The position numbers and the translations under genes are program-made. Below the pieces are notes generated by a model. That model had not been told where the DNA came from, did not search any database, and was given only the letters and a program-made list of their open reading frames with translations. From Patescibacteria group bacterium (lineage in GTDB: Bacteria > Patescibacteriota > Minisyncoccia > Minisyncoccales > UBA10102): DNA of 64,000 nt. Within the stretch, counting starts at the first letter, position 1; each line of letters starts with the position of its first letter. Shown one piece after another: positions 63,097 to 64,000 of the stretch. The DNA is taken from the NCBI GenBank assembly GCA_022563395.1, contig JADFNM010000001.1:83891-147890 (forward strand), read 5' to 3'.

Positions 63097-63636
63097 ATGG
63101 TATTGGGGATTAAAGAATTACATCAATTGGTCAAAGAAAAAAATCTTGTAACCAATTTATCACAGCGAGAGCTTGAAAACCCGGAAGGCGCCGGTTTTGA
63201 TTTAAGAATAGGAGAGCTGTACGAGATTTCTGGACAGGGTTTTTTGGGCGAGACAGAGCGGGAAACTCCAAAGATGAAGCTCGTTGAAAAATACGAGGAG
63301 GGAAAAACCAATGAGATACAACTCAAGCCCCACACTTACTATCTTTTAAAAACCGTGGAGGATGTAAACATGCCGGAGAATCTCTTGGCCATTATGACGC
63401 CTCGCTCCACTCTGTTTCGCTCTGGTGTCTACATCTTTGGAGGGCAAGTTCCCCCTGGATATCAAGGGGGTCTTAACATGGGCATCTATAACTACCGAGA
63501 TACGGATTTTCGTCTTGAAATGGGGGCTCGTGTAGTACATATTATGTTTTTTGAGGTAAAAGGTGAAGGAAATCTCTATCGCGGCCAGTGGCAGGGTGGG
63601 CGGGTAACCACAGAACAAAAAGAAACTCAGGTATAA
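63097..63636 (+). CDS. dCTP deaminase/dUTPase-superfamily paralogue
   Basis: GAGFDLRIGE...MTPRSTLFRSG...GYQGGL follows the pattern of the trimeric dUTPase/Dcd fold. Preceded by AAGGA. Confidence 0.65.
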   Translation: MVLGIKELHQLVKEKNLVTNLSQRELENPEGAGFDLRIGELYEISGQGFLGETERETPKMKLVEKYEEGKTNEIQLKPHTYYLLKTVEDVNMPENLLAIMTPRSTLFRSGVYIFGGQVPPGYQGGLNMGIYNYRDTDFRLEMGARVVHIMFFEVKGEGNLYRGQWQGGRVTTEQKETQV

Positions 63637-63656
63637 AACACGAGGCCCCTGGAGTT

Positions 63657-64000
63657 TTATCTCACAGGGGCCTGTTTATCGAGTGAAACGCCAAGCGTGT
63701 TTGCAACTCGTACGAGCCACGCGAATATATCGGCGAGCTCTTCTTCCATGCCCTCCTTGCTATTTTTGTTGATCGCCTCGTCAAGCTCAAGAACTTCATC
63801 CCTGAAGTGCTGAGTCTCTTCTGCGAGGGTATGATGCGGGGGGAATACCTCCCCGAGCATTTCCTGAATCCGCCAGAGATGATTTTCTTTCGGAGGAAAC
63901 CCTGGATAGAGCTTGTACGGCGGTTTTACCTCATCATCCCAGCAGACGCAAGGGTTGCTGTGACAACGTGGGCATTGGTTGCGGTACTTCTTTCTTACCG
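63657..64000 (-). CDS. MazG-like protein with Cys knuckle, paralogue of 28420-29106; 5' end beyond window
   Basis: The frame stays open to the window edge (...CPRCHSNPCVCW...LWRIQEMLGEVFPP...EEELADIFAWL). The architecture matches the 28420 gene. Confidence 0.55.
   Translation of the reverse strand, partial: VRKKYRNQCPRCHSNPCVCWDDEVKPPYKLYPGFPPKENHLWRIQEMLGEVFPPHHTLAEETQHFRDEVLELDEAINKNSKEGMEEELADIFAWLVRVANTLGVSLDKQAPVR

Overview
This 64-kb window looks like a small, moderately AT-rich bacterial genome of the Candidate Phyla Radiation / Patescibacteria type. That placement is an inference from several traits. The ribosomal supercluster has no rpmD (L30) between rpsE and rplO, and no rplA-rplJ-rplL after rplK. 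AlaRS, PheT, L13 and L3 are shortened; L22, L23, S9 and S19 carry extensions; RpoA has no alpha-CTD; metabolism looks salvage-type. There are about 90 CDS, nearly all on the + strand and mostly housekeeping. They include rpsL-rpsG-fusA-tuf-rpsJ, rplC...rplO-secY-adk-map, and infA-rpmJ-rpsM-rpsK-rpsD-rpoA-rplQ-rplM-rpsI. Also present are murA, two mreB, holB, frr, rseP, dapF, proS, gatCA, pyrFE, pheST, gyrB, secE-nusG-rplK and a dcd-thyA-folA dTMP cluster, plus 4 tRNAs. I saw no CRISPR array, transposase, integrase or recognisable defence or toxin system. The most unusual signal is non-coding. A modular family of AT-rich palindromic repeats sits at 17 or more loci, almost all intergenic. It consists of a 37-nt palindrome with an AGATATGCG tail, a CTTAAACGAGATTTAAGC unit, and a hairpin/T-tract module that runs into an extended -10 box. 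The repeats are oriented toward the next gene, bracket apparently inserted genes inside the ribosomal operons, and in one case lie inside rplV. Many first genes of operons have a -10 hexamer only 6-8 nt from the ATG, which gives a leaderless geometry. Other notable items are a perfect 38-bp x3 tandem repeat carrying TATAAT upstream of tuf, a promoter-to-terminator unit with no ORF (candidate ncRNA), a GC-richer pyrF-pyrE island next to a tRNA operon, and a poly-Lys mini-ORF leader. All coordinates were counted by hand and may be off by 1-2 nt. Functional calls come from motif recognition in the supplied translations, not from database searches.
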